From positions 1 through 49,832 of the forward strand of contig JWZX01002423.1 in assembly GCA_001275005.1 (NCBI GenBank): 49,832 bases of DNA. The letters are read 5' to 3'. The notes beneath the pieces are model-generated. The model searched no databases and was not told the DNA's origin. It saw nothing but the letters and a program-made list of their open reading frames with translations. Of this stretch, positions 31,005 to 42,528 are shown piece after piece; position 1 is the stretch's first letter; the number at the start of each line of letters is the position of its first letter. The DNA is from Chrysochromulina tobinii (Eukaryota). The position numbers and the translations under genes were made by a program.

Positions 31005-32516
31005 ATGACCTCTTTTCGGCATCTTCTCAGTCCCGTACTGATGGCTTCCGAGGGCTGGATGGCTGCAGAGAGTCGGACGGCTGCAGAGAGTCGGATGATA
31101 CAGCTCAAGCGCGAAATTCAGCACGCTGGCAAAGGCACTGCGAACCAGCTGCCAGGAGACTCACCTCTCTTAGTGGCGCCGCTGCGGCACCCCGGCACAG
31201 ATACGAGGCTCATTGCTGAGCTAAGTGCCCAGCTTCATGAGTCACAAGCGGAGTCGAGAGTGCTGAGCAAGGAGGTAGCTGCACTCAAGGAACAAATCGT
31301 GCAGCTGCAGACGCAGCACACGACGCAACAGCAGCTCGTCCACCAGACGCTTCAGAGTATGCAAGAGCAGTTGCAGCAGCACCACGATCACCTTCAGCAC
31401 TTCCACCAGTTGCAATCTGGTCCAGGCAATGGGCGCAGTCCGAGCGCCAACGGGCACGCGGCGCACGAGCACACGGTGGTGGTGGGCGCAGTGCCGGCAG
31501 CGCATCCGCGCTTGGCTGCGTGCTCCCAGGCGCAAGCCGTGCCCTGCCACGCCATGCACATGCAGCCCCGCGCCCAATTGCATTACAGCGCGTCTCAGAT
31601 GAGTGTACCACTCTCCTCGATGAGCCAGCCGACGCCCGGGCTGATGGCCTCGCTCACCTCTCCGAACACGTCGCCACTGATCTCCGCCGAGCCCAGAGTG
31701 GAGGAGCGGACTAGAAGCGGACGCACTGGGGGCAGTGGGGGCTCATCACAAGTGGCCTCGCACTGCGCCTCGCCGTGGCAGCAGCTGGCGCACGACCCCG
31801 CGACAGCCGCGCTGCCGAGGTGGGGCGTGCAGATGCGCGCGCCTCAGAACAGGCTGATGGCGCCGCCTCACAACCCGTCAAGCTCGACCTGCCCACCGCT
31901 GCCCGTGTTCGTAGGTGGACTTGGCGGCACCGACGAGGGCTGCAGCTACGGAGGGAGCGCATGGGGCGCGGAACCGTCGCCTGCGCCCGGCACCGGCACC
32001 GACGGCACGGCGTCCGGCATGAGCCGTCCAATCTCGTCCAATCTCGATCTCCTTGCCAAGCTCTCGATGTCCTCCCCACCCCTTGAGCATCGGACGGTGG
32101 TCGGGCTGCCGCCTCTTCCCGCAGTCGAGGCGGGCTCAACCTCGCCCATGGGGGCGAAGCGGATGCGCGACGAGCGCGGCAGCACGCAGGCGGAGACGTT
32201 GAGAGCGCTAGCGTTGAAAGACCATGCGAGCACGAGTGAGTCCAGCCTCTGCAGCGAGTCTTCCGCCGATGATCCCATCGCTTCAGGCCTGCCCACGGTT
32301 CCCGAAGACTTTGACGAGCCCAAACCCACCAGTGCCCGAACGATGCCGGAGCCGGAGGACCAGCAACGCGACGTTGTGCTGCCCACGGCGGAGGTCGCAC
32401 ACCCGCACGCGCAGGCGCGCCCCGTACGAAGCCCGTGCTCCCTCCCGCTCCCTTATGCCCGATCGAACAACCCTGTACCGTCGGCCTTCAGCCTGCCGAA
32501 TGGCGCGCCGTCATAG
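31005..32516 (+). CDS. Uncharacterised protein: N-terminal coiled coil/Gln-His-rich region, disordered remainder
   Basis: ~500-aa ORF with no recognisable domain; start uncertain (31005 or 31041). Confidence 0.5.
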   Translation: MTSFRHLLSPVLMASEGWMAAESRTAAESRMIQLKREIQHAGKGTANQLPGDSPLLVAPLRHPGTDTRLIAELSAQLHESQAESRVLSKEVAALKEQIVQLQTQHTTQQQLVHQTLQSMQEQLQQHHDHLQHFHQLQSGPGNGRSPSANGHAAHEHTVVVGAVPAAHPRLAACSQAQAVPCHAMHMQPRAQLHYSASQMSVPLSSMSQPTPGLMASLTSPNTSPLISAEPRVEERTRSGRTGGSGGSSQVASHCASPWQQLAHDPATAALPRWGVQMRAPQNRLMAPPHNPSSSTCPPLPVFVGGLGGTDEGCSYGGSAWGAEPSPAPGTGTDGTASGMSRPISSNLDLLAKLSMSSPPLEHRTVVGLPPLPAVEAGSTSPMGAKRMRDERGSTQAETLRALALKDHASTSESSLCSESSADDPIASGLPTVPEDFDEPKPTSARTMPEPEDQQRDVVLPTAEVAHPHAQARPVRSPCSLPLPYARSNNPVPSAFSLPNGAPS

Positions 32517-33523
32517 CTTAGACGCGCCCGGTGCATGAGGGCTCAACCATGTACATGTACGAGAATTTGAGAGGAAGGGCGCTCCAACCGCCCCGCACTC
32601 CGCATGACGCGCCATTGAACCGGAACGATCAACGCATCCCGCGCGTACCGTACCCGCCCCGGGACCGGTCTGCGGTCCTCCCAGAGCCGGGTACACTGTG
32701 CGGAGCGTCTAGCGTAGAGCCAGGTCGCGACGACGCCGACGTACGCGTGACGGGAAGGGGAATCGGCCAGAGGCCCAGAGCCACGCAGACCGGGCATCGT
32801 GTGACCGTGTGACGGGCTATCCGCCACACGGCCTTAGTGCTTCGGAGAGCGTTAGACCCTCCGGCGTTTACTTATTTAACTTTAGTACATTTGTTAGATA
32901 GATCTAAGGTAGACCTAAGAATCCGCATGCGGCCGCGGGCGGCGGTTGACCCCCCACTAAGACCGCGCGCGCCGACCCGCGACAGCGCGCCGACTTACCC
33001 GGAACCCGCGCGACCGCCGAGCGCGACACGTGAAATCCCTAATCCGGCAAGCCGGGCATGCGGCAATTCCGGGAGAAGCGCAAGCGGGATGAAAACGCAA
33101 CTTCTTAAAGCTACACACGCACAGGACTCCCGCCCTCTCTCCGAGACGCGCTACACGACGCACTCAAATAATAGACGATCACGATACGCACTAACCGGCG
33201 CACGTGCAGCCCCTCGAGAGCTCGAGGGTTCTGGGTTGCCCCATGTCGCATGTGCCACACACATCCACAGTCCAGTCGCAGTCGCGCTCCCCGTCCTCAC
33301 CACACCGAGGGCACGTCGACTCATCACAACGGGTCCGAGCGAGCTGCGAGATTCCTGCCGGTACCGCTCACCATGGCACCGCGTGGGTTCGAGTGTTGGG
33401 AGCGGAGGGGCCATGCCGGCGCGCCTCCAGCCGCCGGGCCGCCGCTGCGCCTCCGCCGTCACCATCACCAGTGGCGGCTTGCGGTTCGCGCAATACCAAG
33501 GGTCGCTAGACGCGCGGGCCCGC

Positions 33524-34465
33524 CTACTTTTTGGCCTTGACGGCCGCCATCTCCTCCTTGAGCTGGTAGAGCGTACCATAGGGCAAGAACTCGTCGGCAT
33601 GCTTGGCGGCGAGAGCAGCCGTCGCTTCGGCCGACACCTGGAACTGTGCGAGCTCCTCCTTGGAGAGTTTCCGAATATAGGCGGCCGGGCTGCCGCCGTA
33701 CACCTCGCCCGAGGGCACGCGCGCGCCGCTCGGCAGCAGCGAGCCCGCCTCGAGCATGGCATTCGGCTCCACGAGCGAGCCCTCCTGCAGGATGCAGCCG
33801 TCGCCCACTACCGAGTTGTCGTCGACGGTGCACGCGCGCATGATGCAGCCCTGCCCGATGGTCACGTAGTCGCCCACATATGTGCGGGCCGAGAAGCCCG
33901 TCGGGTTGATCGCCGCCGACTGGATCACCGTCCGGTCGCCGATGCTGCTGAAGCCGCCGATGTGGATAGTGCTCTGATCGGCGCGGATGACGGCGCCGTA
34001 CCACACGGACGACAAGTCCTTGATCTCGACGCTGCCGATGACCGACGCGTTGGGAGCGACAAACACGCCGCTGCTCAGCTTCGGCCGCTGGTCGAAGAGG
34101 TTCATCAGCGCGCGGTGCCTGCAGATCTTCTCCTGGAAGATCCAGTTGTCCTGCGCCCGCGCACCCATGCGCTGGAGCGCCTGCCCCGTCTCGCGAAAAC
34201 CACGGCCGATGCCGACGACAACCCTGCGAGGGCGCGCAACGAGCGCGTCAGGCGCACCTCGGGAGGCCGCTCGCGCGCGATGCACAAGTGGCGGCAGAGG
34301 CGCGCGTGCGTGCAGCGCTTTGGGCGCAATTAGGCGCTGCAGTCCCGAAGGGTGTGCTGCGCGTGTCCGCACGCGGGCTGCACTGCGGTCTGAAGCGAGC
34401 ACGCTAGCCATCATGATGGCCGCCACCGTGTCGCAGGCCATGACGCACCTCCGCATGAGAGACAT
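33524..34465 (-). CDS. Mitochondrial gamma-carbonic anhydrase-like complex I subunit, two exons (34465-34449, 34223-33524)
   Basis: Splicing the GT..CAG intron at 34448-34224 gives MSLMRRVVVGIGRGFRETGQALQRMG...RHRALMNLFDQRP, matching plant/algal gamma-CA N-termini. Hexapeptide repeats and SSVWYGAVIRAD follow. Confidence 0.88.
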   Translation of the reverse strand: MSLMRRCVMACDTVAAIMMASVLASDRSAARVRTRAAHPSGLQRLIAPKALHARAPLPPLVHRARAASRGAPDALVARPRRVVVGIGRGFRETGQALQRMGARAQDNWIFQEKICRHRALMNLFDQRPKLSSGVFVAPNASVIGSVEIKDLSSVWYGAVIRADQSTIHIGGFSSIGDRTVIQSAAINPTGFSARTYVGDYVTIGQGCIMRACTVDDNSVVGDGCILQEGSLVEPNAMLEAGSLLPSGARVPSGEVYGGSPAAYIRKLSKEELAQFQVSAEATAALAAKHADEFLPYGTLYQLKEEMAAVKAKK

Positions 34466-34637
34466 CTTCGAGGGCAAGGCTTGTCAAGCTTTATGCCACT
34501 GCCCGAGAGGCACAGAGAAACTTAGCATCGCGGCGCGTCGAAGCGAGCACAATCAGCTTGAGTGTGACCTTTCAACGTGATTCAAATTCGTAGTTGGCGA
34601 ACTCGTTCGTGCTCAAAAAAACGCCGTGGCGGGCACA

Positions 34638-34675
34638 TGACTTGACTTGACTTGACTTGACTTGACTTGACTTGA
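34638..34675. repeat. (TGACT)7 microsatellite in a divergent intergenic region
   Basis: Seven perfect TGACT units ending ~20 nt upstream of the ankyrin-gene ATG. Confidence 0.9.
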
Positions 34676-34696
34676 GCCTTCGGTTGACGACAGGAT

Positions 34697-37600
34697 ATGC
34701 CATCGTCCAAGGTTGCGCCTGAGCCGCCTCCGGCGGAGGCGGAGGCGGCGGAGGCGGCTGCCTCATCTTCTACACCGATGCCCCGCGCTCCCATTCTGAA
34801 ACGTCTCGCGGAGATCGATCGCTCAATCGCCAAGATGCTGGTAGAACCCAACCTCGATGGCTACAAGACGCTGCCACTGCACACGGCAGCGCGGCGCGGC
34901 GACATGCGCGAGGTGGCGCAGTTGCTCCCTGCTCATCGCGAGGCCCTCTCACAGCGCGATGAGTCCGGCTGGATGCCGCTGCACCACGCGTGCTGCGCGG
35001 GCCGGCGCTTGATCTACCGCATCCCATGCGCGACGACCAAGCTGGTCGACTCGGCGGACCGCGACAAGCTGATGGCGGAGCTAGTTAAACTGATCGAAGC
35101 TGCGACGGCCGCCGCGGAGGCGCTCGAGCCGACCGAAGAGCCCACGGGCGGCGACGACGGCGCGGGCGTGAGCTTCAGCACGAAGCTCGCGCGGTTGCTC
35201 GACGACCACATCCCGGACGCGCCGCGCTACCGGGACGCGCCGCTGCCGTCCATCGGCGGCGACGCGGGTGCGGGCGTCGGGGCGCCCGCCTCGCCCAAGC
35301 GCGGAGGCCGCAAGAAGCCCCTCCCGCCGATCGCGGAGAACGCGGCTGGCAGCGCGCCTGGGACTTCGTCGGACGCTTCAGTGGGCAAGCGCGCTGAGGC
35401 GAACGCGCTGCGCCAGCTGCGCGAGGAGCAGCCCAAGGGCATCTGGGTCGAGGTGGCCTGGGTGCGCCCGGGCCAAATGGGCAACGGTGTGCCGCTCACG
35501 GGAGCCGCCGCGGAGGAGGCGAAGGAAAAGGCCTTCATCGAGATTATTCTGATGCAGCTGCACGATTCCGAGTACGAGAGCCACGTGGCTCGTGTACAGG
35601 CCGCGGGTTCGGGCGTAGGCCGGCTGATTGAAAAGGCGCCGCTCGACGTCGCGATGTCCGCCATCGGGCGCGGCCTCAACGTGTGGCCTCCCACTTTTGA
35701 GCGCATGCGCAACCAGTTCGAGTTGCCCGAGATCGACGCGCCTCCGCCCGAGGAGTACGCCGCGACGAGCTCCTCGAATGACCTCTGATGGCTCCTCGAA
35801 TGACCTCTGATGGCTCCTCGAATGACCTCTGATGGCCTCTGGAATGACCTCTGATGGCCTCTGGAATGACCTCTGATGGCCTCTTGATGGCCGCTGATGG
35901 TCGCTGAGTGCGTTCCCTCATCAGGTACGACGAAGAGCTCCTCGGTCCGAAGTCCTTGCTCGAGCAGGGCTGTGTGCTGAACACGCTGGGGCAGAGGTCG
36001 GTGGTTCGTCTGACCGGGCTCATGGTCGACGGATCGCGCCTTCAGTATACGGGCAGCGCGTACAAGGACGTCTCCGTGCGCGCGACGCTCGTGGTGCGGA
36101 CCACGGCAGAGGAGCTCAAGGCGCAGGAGGAGGCCGCCAATGCGGCCGTGGGAGATGAGGGTGGCGACGACTACGAGCCGATGGCGCTGCGCGTGATGAG
36201 CGGCAACCCGGCGATGAACGCGAAGACAACGACGCGTCCCCGGCCTTCGTCCCTCGACTGGGGCGCCGAGCAGCTCACTCTCGAGCTGCCGGGCCCCGTG
36301 CAGCTGCCCATCTTCGTGCAGTTCCTCATCCGCGCGAAGGATGCAAACGGGCAGGCTGTGACGCTCGGTCACGCGCTCGGCATCATCGATTCACTCAACG
36401 GGTCGCTCAACGTCACCATGATCGACGAGTCTGACATGGCCGAGGCAGGCTATTCGGCGCCACCCTCGCCCCCCGACTCCGAGCCTCCCTCGCCGCCCTC
36501 GTTCTCGCCGCCTCGTTCTCGGCCGCCCTCGCCGCCGCCCTCGCCGCCGCATGCGATGCTCGCGTGGGGCAGTGACGCCGGCTCGGCGCCCCCCAGGCCC
36601 CCCTCGGCGGCGAAGGGAGTCGACCCGGCCGTGTTGCAGCAGCGCCTGTCCTTGCACCCGCGGAGGCCGCCGCCTCTGCCGTTGATGGCGCCGGCCGACC
36701 AACTCCCGCCCTCGCCGTGCCCCTCACCGCCGGGCTCGGATCGTCCGATGACAGCACCGGATGGGCGCGGCTCGGGTAACGGCCGCGGTGGCAATGGCTC
36801 GGGCAGCGGCTCCGATGGGCGGCCGTCGACAGCGCCTGGTGGCGGCGGCGAGGTGTCTCAGAAGCCGATCTTGCCGATCACGACGCAGAAACCGACTGAT
36901 CTGCTCAAGGTCGAGGTGGAGCACGCTTACAAGGCCGTCGCCCAGGGCCATAATGCGGAGGAGAGAAAGGGCCCCGACGCCCTGATCTTGCGCTGCGCTT
37001 ACGCCGTGTCGACGCCCTTCCCAGCCCTCTCGGCCGACTTTTTGCGCACGCGCCAAGACGAGAGCACGCTGCGCGCGATGAACGGCGGCGTGGCCTCCGA
37101 CGACGACGCTGGCAAGAAGCCCCAGCTGACTGGCCCGCCGCCCCTCGGCAGCTTCGCCCAAGGTTTGCTCTTCGATGGGCCCGCGTGCGTGCGTGAGCTA
37201 CTCAAGCACGGTGCTCCGGTGGGTGGGACGGACCTCGTGACCTCAACGCCGCTGCACAAGGCCGTCGCCAACGGCGACCAGCGTGCGATGCAGCTGCTGC
37301 TCGGCGGGGGCGCGGACATCAACTTCCAGAACATGTACGGCGACACGCCCGTGCACCGTGCCGTCGAGAACTCGCGCCTGTACACATTCACGCATCTGCA
37401 GCGCATGGGCGCCGACATCAACCGGCCCAACAAGGTGGGCAACACACCGCTGCACCTGGCGGCCGCGATCGGGCACGTGCAGCTCGTGCGAGCGCTCCTC
37501 ACGGCGGGCGCGGGCGTGATGAACTACAATCTGCGCGGCCAGGTGCCGTTGCACGTGGCCGTCGCGGCTGGCAAGAAGGAGGCGCTCAAGGAGTTCGTCG

Positions 37601-38313
37601 CGTTCCACAATAACCGCAAGCTCCCTTGGGCCACGCTGTGTACGCAGGCCTCCAACGACACGCCGCTACACGTGGCCGTGCGCACGTTGCGCATCCCTCT
37701 CTTCGTTTGGATGGTCGACAATGGTGGTTTCTCGGCCGGGATGGTGATGAAGAACGTGGAGAACATTGACCCCATGAAGCACCTCAAGAAGGCGCAAGGC
37801 TTGCTCAAGAAGATGCAGGGCTACCAGAAAAAGGTGGACAAGGCAGATAAGAAGGGTGCCCCGAAGCCACCGATGCCCGCGGCCATCATCCCACCGGCGC
37901 CACCGCCGCCAGACCTGCGCCCGCTCGCCGAGCAGATGGCGACTCAGAAGCAGGGCTCCATCCAGGCGTACCTGATGGAGGACCCGATCTACGTCAACTT
38001 CCACGAGGTGCCCGCGCCGCCGCCGGAGCCCAAGGGCAAGAAGAAGAAGGGTGGGGGCAAGGCCAAGAAGGAGAAGCTGATCCCGCCACCGCCCTTTATT
38101 TGCACGCTCGGCCAGGCGCTCGAGGTTGAGCGCACCGAACGAAGGGGCGCGCCCTACATAGGAGAGAAGCTCAAAGACATGGAAAAGAAGTACGAGGAGG
38201 AGAAGAAGGCCGCTGAGAAGATCGCCGCCGAGAAGGCCAAGCTCAAGGCGCAGGCGGAGAAGGAGGCCGCAGCTAAGGCCGCAAAGGACAAGCCGGCGGG
38301 CAAGAAGAAGTAG
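34697..38313 (+). CDS. Ankyrin-repeat protein, two exons (34697-35754, 35925-38313), ~1148 aa
   Basis: Ankyrin motifs LPLHTAARRG, MPLHHAC, TPLHKAVANG, TPVHRAV, TPLHLAAAIG. A GTACGC..CATCAG intron at 35755-35924 joins two track ORFs in frame (PPPEE|YDEELLG). Confidence 0.82.
35755..35924 (+). other. Repeat-built, introner-like spliceosomal intron (170 nt)
   Basis: Five 22-bp units ending AATGACCTCTGATG; ends CCTCATCAG; the 5' end (gtacgccgcgacgagctcctcg) resembles the downstream exon (gtacgacgaagagctcctcg). Confidence 0.8.
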
Positions 38314-38583
38314 GGCGGTGCCACGTGATCGGCACATGAGGGGGCATGACGTGTGGCATGGTGATGACGATGCGCCGGATCTCGCCGGATCTCGCTGGAG
38401 TCCCCCTCGTGTGGAGGGTTGACGCGCATGCGCTTCGGCGGGGCTGGTGTGCTGCGGCCTGCGCCCGCTCCCTCCTCACTGCGTGCCGGAGTGGGCCTTA
38501 TTTCTGTGTGGACTCAAATTTTAATGAACGATTGCATGCCCATGCAAAAAAAGAAACAGAAACCAATTTTTGTACCGTGCGCC

Positions 38584-40056
38584 ATGCAAGGACTCTGCAG
38601 CGACTCGGGCTGGGCGCCGCCAGCAACTACGAAGGTCGGAGGGTACGCCTGCACGCTACACGGCCGGCCCATTGGCCTCGACACCAAGGTTCTTGTCTCT
38701 GGCTGTGCACGCAAGCTCGGCCGAGTGCTGACGCGTGGCGGCCAAGTGCATCGGCTCATTGACGAGGTGCTCCAGCACAGTGCCAATCGTGGAGGCGGTG
38801 CGCTTGTGTACGCAGATGGGCCAGGAGTGGATGACACGTACGACAAGTTGCGCAGCATGGTCGCGCGCGATTCGCGCGTACGAGCAATCCTCGCGGTCGA
38901 TGAGCCACCTGGCCGACTCGGTCGTATCGCCTTGTGCCGCAACGTCCTCATCGGCGAGGCTCTGAGCCGCTTGCCCGACGAGGGTCTGCTTGTGACACTG
39001 GATCTCGACTGCATGGTGGATGTGGCATCCATTTTGGCCCTGTTGCCATCGATGATGCCTCACGCTGGTCATGCTGCTGCTCAAGGCCTCGCTCGCCTCG
39101 ACAACGGCGAGGCTGATTCGTCCGGACCAGCGTGGGACCTACTGACTGGCAACTCGAACCCGTACCGCGACCTTTGGGCGCTCCGCAGCCGCCGCCTTGG
39201 CGTAGACTACGACTGCTGGCAAGATGAGAAGACGATGCTCTTTCGCGGCTCCTGCCTGCGCTACCGCATCACAATCGCACCGAGGGCCCCCGTCGTGCGA
39301 GTCCGATCTGCCTTCAACGGCGTGTCTGTGCTGCGCGTAGGAGCCGTGCGCGCTCGCAACGCATCAGGCTGCCGCTACCCTGACCCATCGAGCACGGCCG
39401 ACTCGGCACCGGGCTTGGACGGCGTGTGGCCCGGCCATGCGGACGCGAGCGAGCGCCTCCCGTTGAGACCCTCTTTGCATGCCCTGCACGAGGAGGCCCA
39501 TGATGAGGAGACTGATCGCAGCTCGACGAGCGACTCGGCAAGGGGCAGCAGCAGCGGCGGCGGCGGAAAGGATGACCCTTTCCTAATTAGGGGCTCTCGT
39601 GCGGACTCGGCGCAAGGACGGCGCGCTGATCATGACGCAGCTAATCGGACGGGCGTAACGCCACTTCCGCGCGCCGTTTGTGAGCACGTGGTTTTCAATG
39701 AGTGCCTCCATGCGCATGGGCTGCGCATCGGCATTGCACCGTCGCTGATCACCAACTGCCCGTGCGGTCCGATCTGCGGCGACAAGCAACGATTCTTCTA
39801 CCGCGTCCAGATCCATCCGAACGGGAGCTTGCTCGTGCGAGACCACAGGAAGCGACGCCCGTTCACACCGGCTCTGTGGACGCAATTCATCGAACCGCTA
39901 TGTGCGGCCGGCGCTTCGGGCGTGACGCTTGTTGCGTCGAGCAGCAACAAGTCGCTTCAGTCCGTGGCCGTGGCTTCGGCTGAACCGCGACCCGAACTCT
40001 TCCCGCTGTTGAAAGAGCGCGTGGCGCCGGCGGCGGCGCCTACAGCGGTGTGCTAG
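38584..40056 (+). CDS. Putative GT-A glycosyltransferase (CAP59/CMT1 mannosyltransferase-like)
   Basis: RIALCRN, DxD motif (LDLD), YRDLWALR, VRVRSAFNG and CEHVVFN. Start uncertain. Confidence 0.6.
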   Translation: MQGLCSDSGWAPPATTKVGGYACTLHGRPIGLDTKVLVSGCARKLGRVLTRGGQVHRLIDEVLQHSANRGGGALVYADGPGVDDTYDKLRSMVARDSRVRAILAVDEPPGRLGRIALCRNVLIGEALSRLPDEGLLVTLDLDCMVDVASILALLPSMMPHAGHAAAQGLARLDNGEADSSGPAWDLLTGNSNPYRDLWALRSRRLGVDYDCWQDEKTMLFRGSCLRYRITIAPRAPVVRVRSAFNGVSVLRVGAVRARNASGCRYPDPSSTADSAPGLDGVWPGHADASERLPLRPSLHALHEEAHDEETDRSSTSDSARGSSSGGGGKDDPFLIRGSRADSAQGRRADHDAANRTGVTPLPRAVCEHVVFNECLHAHGLRIGIAPSLITNCPCGPICGDKQRFFYRVQIHPNGSLLVRDHRKRRPFTPALWTQFIEPLCAAGASGVTLVASSSNKSLQSVAVASAEPRPELFPLLKERVAPAAAPTAVC

Positions 40057-40683
40057 CATTATGCACGTCGTGCACCTGGCGTGGGCTGGTGTGTGGATGA
40101 ATTATTCTGTGAAAATATACCTCATCCGGTCGGACGCGGGGGCGGCTCGGCCCGCCCCATCCGATGTCTCTCGAATCTCCGCCACGCGGCGCGCCGCGAA
40201 CGCGCGAAGCTAGTAAAAAGAAGCTTGTAGCCCCTAAACGCACGAGGATTTCGCTACCACTGAGAAACAGAAAGCGAGCGAGCAGGACCGCTCGCCAGCA
40301 CCAAATCATCAGGGCCACCTCGGGGTCCACAGCTAAACAATAGCAACACCTCACTGCACACCGTGTCCAACAGACATCAGGCACACACTTCCACTCATCC
40401 TTTACTCATCCTTGCACTTCCACGACTTCTGCTGTGCACTCTCGCCTTGGCCGCGATTAGGCCCCACGAGGCGTGCTCGGCGCCTTTTGCTGTACTCGTG
40501 TGCTCCTGGGGCCCGCCCCCACCTCATGTGACATGTGACATGCTTCTTCAGATGGACGTGCTCGACTCTGACACCAGAATCCTTCCTCGCACGCTATAGT
40601 GTGTCGCCAGCGTGCGAGGCCAGTGCGAGGTCAGATCTCGAGCCGTGGGCGAGGTGAGTCCGAGAGGTCAGACTTCGGGATCC

Positions 40684-42528
40684 CTAATCGTCGACCGAAT
40701 CATCGTCGCCATCGAAGCCGTGGGAATCAAGCGCGCTGGGTCTGGGGGGGCTGTACACGCTCTCGTTGTGGGCGGTACAGAAGCCCTCCGGCACCGTCTT
40801 TGCGTAACGCTTGAAGCACTCCTCCCGAGACTCCTGAGTGGTTTCCGAGCGCACTGTCGAGCGCGACGAGCGAGAACCTGAGCGGGTGAGTTGCAGGTAT
40901 CTGTTGTAGCCCGACGTGAGGGGTCCGAACGTGGTCAGCATGTCTTCAGGCTCGTCATCGGTGCTGGACTCGTGGCCGACGGAAGCCTTGGCCGAGAATG
41001 GCCCGTCAAGAGGGGACGACGTGCCGATTGTCTCGACGGCCTCACCGACACGCCGGCCAACCTCGTCGCCCTGATCGCCCTCGTCTTCGCCCTCGCCCTC
41101 GTCCTCATCCTCGTCCTCGTCCTCGTTCTCGTCCTCGTTCTCGTCCTCGTCCTCGCCCTCGTTCTCGACCTCGTCGGAGCTGCTGAAGTAGCTTCGGCAC
41201 GAGTTGCTTGCAAGATCGTCCGTGCCCTCATCGCTCATGCCGTCGTCGCGCGCCTCCTCGTCGGAGGAGAGGGTTGCGATCGACTCCACGCACACACCCC
41301 AGTTGACCATGCTGTTGATCGACCCGTTGGGCGACCCTTCGGGTGAACCCTTGGGCTGGCAGAAGGTTGACCTACGCGCGTCCGCCGAGAGGTCAATCGG
41401 GCGCGTCGGGCTCATCGCCCTTGAGTGTATCGAGTTCGCCTTAGGACGATCAGCCGCGGCCTCAGCCTCGTTCGAGGAGCACGCCGACGATGACTCTGAT
41501 GACCTCGGCGTGTCCGACGTTGCAACACTCGTCGATGAACTCATCGATGGCTCGGGCTCCTCGGCATCTGGCGCCACAGTCAGCGCCAATGGATGCGTCG
41601 CGCTCTTCGTATTAGGGCTTCTCGCACTCGTCGATGCGGTCGTTGGTGCCTTGGGTTCGTCAGCATCAGGTCCGTCTCTGGGTTGGGCGGCGCACGTACC
41701 GTAGGCCGCGCAGCACTGCATGCCGCACGCGCCGTAGGCTGGGGGGGAACCGTACGATGCAGGGTATTGGCTCTTCATCCCGAACCCTGAATAATCATTC
41801 ATCCGAGGGTCGAAGGGGTATGTCTCGTAGCCGCAGTAGGGCGTGTAAGGGCTGGGATAGGAGTAGCCGAAGCCACCGTGGCCAAACATGATCGATGGCA
41901 TCATGGGCACGGGTGCCATCGCGCCCATGTTGAAGCCCATGGGCAGTGGGTGGATCGCACTCATCCGCATCTGGGCGGCGGCGACGGCAGCGCTCGCGAT
42001 CTCATAAGGCGCGGCCATCGAACCGAAGAGCGATGGGCCCGCCAGCGGCGGCAGCATCGTGGCGCCATCGATCTGGCCAGTTGCTACTTCAGGACCGGTA
42101 AATGCGTCGTTGGCTGTCCACGATTGCGCGTTGCTCGTAACGTTGCTCGACGGTTGTGCGAATGAGCTGAGCGCGGGATGGCAGTCCGCAGACGCGGTGT
42201 GGTCGTATCGTGGCCGACGTTTGCGCCTCTTGTTGACAGGGAGCAGAGCAGAGGCCGTGGGGCAGACTTGGCCTTGCATGTTGATGGCCACAATGCTATG
42301 GCCTCCCTGGCATTCGCACACGCACTTGTCGAGGAAGGGCACGGGCGAGTACGACTGCTGCTCGTCCAAGCGCATGCGTTGAGGCCGCCGCATCTCGGTG
42401 GCGAGCTCATCGTCCATGGCTGCTGCTTGATGAGTGGTTGGGTCCAGGGCAGAGTCGCACTTGCTCGACCTGTTCCTCTTGGCGGGGGCACAATTGTCAA
42501 AGACCCCGCAGGTATCGGGCTCGGACAT
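40684..42528 (-). CDS. Uncharacterised low-complexity protein (Tyr/Pro/Gly-rich, Ser-rich and acidic tracts, basic NLS-like KRRKRR)
   Basis: Long ORF; ATG at 42528 (MSEPDT); ED-rich repeat at ~41085-41170. Confidence 0.55.
   Translation of the reverse strand: MSEPDTCGVFDNCAPAKRNRSSKCDSALDPTTHQAAAMDDELATEMRRPQRMRLDEQQSYSPVPFLDKCVCECQGGHSIVAINMQGQVCPTASALLPVNKRRKRRPRYDHTASADCHPALSSFAQPSSNVTSNAQSWTANDAFTGPEVATGQIDGATMLPPLAGPSLFGSMAAPYEIASAAVAAAQMRMSAIHPLPMGFNMGAMAPVPMMPSIMFGHGGFGYSYPSPYTPYCGYETYPFDPRMNDYSGFGMKSQYPASYGSPPAYGACGMQCCAAYGTCAAQPRDGPDADEPKAPTTASTSARSPNTKSATHPLALTVAPDAEEPEPSMSSSTSVATSDTPRSSESSSACSSNEAEAAADRPKANSIHSRAMSPTRPIDLSADARRSTFCQPKGSPEGSPNGSINSMVNWGVCVESIATLSSDEEARDDGMSDEGTDDLASNSCRSYFSSSDEVENEGEDEDENEDENEDEDEDEDEGEGEDEGDQGDEVGRRVGEAVETIGTSSPLDGPFSAKASVGHESSTDDEPEDMLTTFGPLTSGYNRYLQLTRSGSRSSRSTVRSETTQESREECFKRYAKTVPEGFCTAHNESVYSPPRPSALDSHGFDGDDDSVDD

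Noticed and set aside
32837..34333. 498-aa plus-strand ORF
   Set aside because: Antisense shadow of the gamma-CA gene plus GC-rich intergenic DNA; non-ATG start and no domain features.
35227..36372. Minus-strand ORF with SEVIRGHQR-type repeats
   Set aside because: It is the antisense reading of the ankyrin gene and its repeat intron.
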